Below, piece by piece: positions 36,819 through 36,929 of a stretch of DNA of 36,929 bases. A program made the position numbers and the translations under genes. Numbering within the stretch: the stretch's first letter is position 1; every line of letters starts with the position of its first letter. The notes under the pieces were generated by a model. The model saw only the letters and a program-made list of their open reading frames with translations. It was not told the DNA's origin and made no database searches. Source of the stretch: Armatimonadota bacterium (lineage in GTDB: Bacteria > Armatimonadota > Fimbriimonadia > Fimbriimonadales > GBS-DC); NCBI GenBank assembly GCA_037444405.1, contig JBBIML010000027.1, positions 1 through 36,929 on the forward strand. The letters are read 5' to 3'.

Positions 36819-36929
36819 TCAACGCGAATACCGTATTGGCAACCGATGCTTCCAGCTGATGCGCCAGAGCGCCTTGCACGCTGCCTCGCGCACCCACCAA
36901 TCCTCATCCTGCAGGCGCGGAATGAGGTG
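36819..36929 (-). CDS. C-terminal end of a HEAT-repeat (PBS lyase-like) protein, partial
   Basis: HLIPRLQDEDWWVREAACKALWRI...stop; runs off the window edge. Confidence 0.75.
   Translation of the reverse strand, partial: HLIPRLQDEDWWVREAACKALWRISWKHRLPIRYSR

Overview
GC-rich bacterial chromosomal window, mostly housekeeping and envelope genes. The gene set (PEP-CTERM proteins, prepilin/H-X9-DG proteins, DUF3084, DUF3866) suggests Armatimonadota; this is inference. In order: the trailer end of a CRISPR array (30-bp repeat ending ATTGAAAC) that overlaps the 3' end of a PBP2 gene; PBP1A, coaBC, SIS sugar isomerase, AKR-like protein, mnmG, DUF3866, rplU; a 5'-truncated PEP-CTERM gene; a YqiJ/YqiK (NfeD-like/flotillin) pair; a prepilin-type protein; pdp, LacI, Tat Gfo/Idh/MocA; a sigma28-type promoter ahead of a pseudo-receiver gene; a REC-histidine kinase; comM, htrA, MDR dehydrogenase, DUF3084, nfo, DUF2089/DUF4097; a YchF-like paralog with a small upstream membrane protein; lnt-like; a second PEP-CTERM gene; a chimeric ORF; a vWA-like/membrane gene pair; a REP-rich MITE-like element; and the end of a HEAT-repeat gene. 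No cas, transposase, tRNA or rRNA genes were recognised. Most notable: the CRISPR/PBP2 overlap with a 22-nt spacer, the low-charge pseudo-receiver, a thrice-repeated bipartite promoter-like motif tied to PEP-CTERM genes and a candidate anti-SD RNA, two apparent deletion-fusion scars, and palindromic repeats inserted in frame in proteins. All family calls come from motif recognition by eye; no database search was run.
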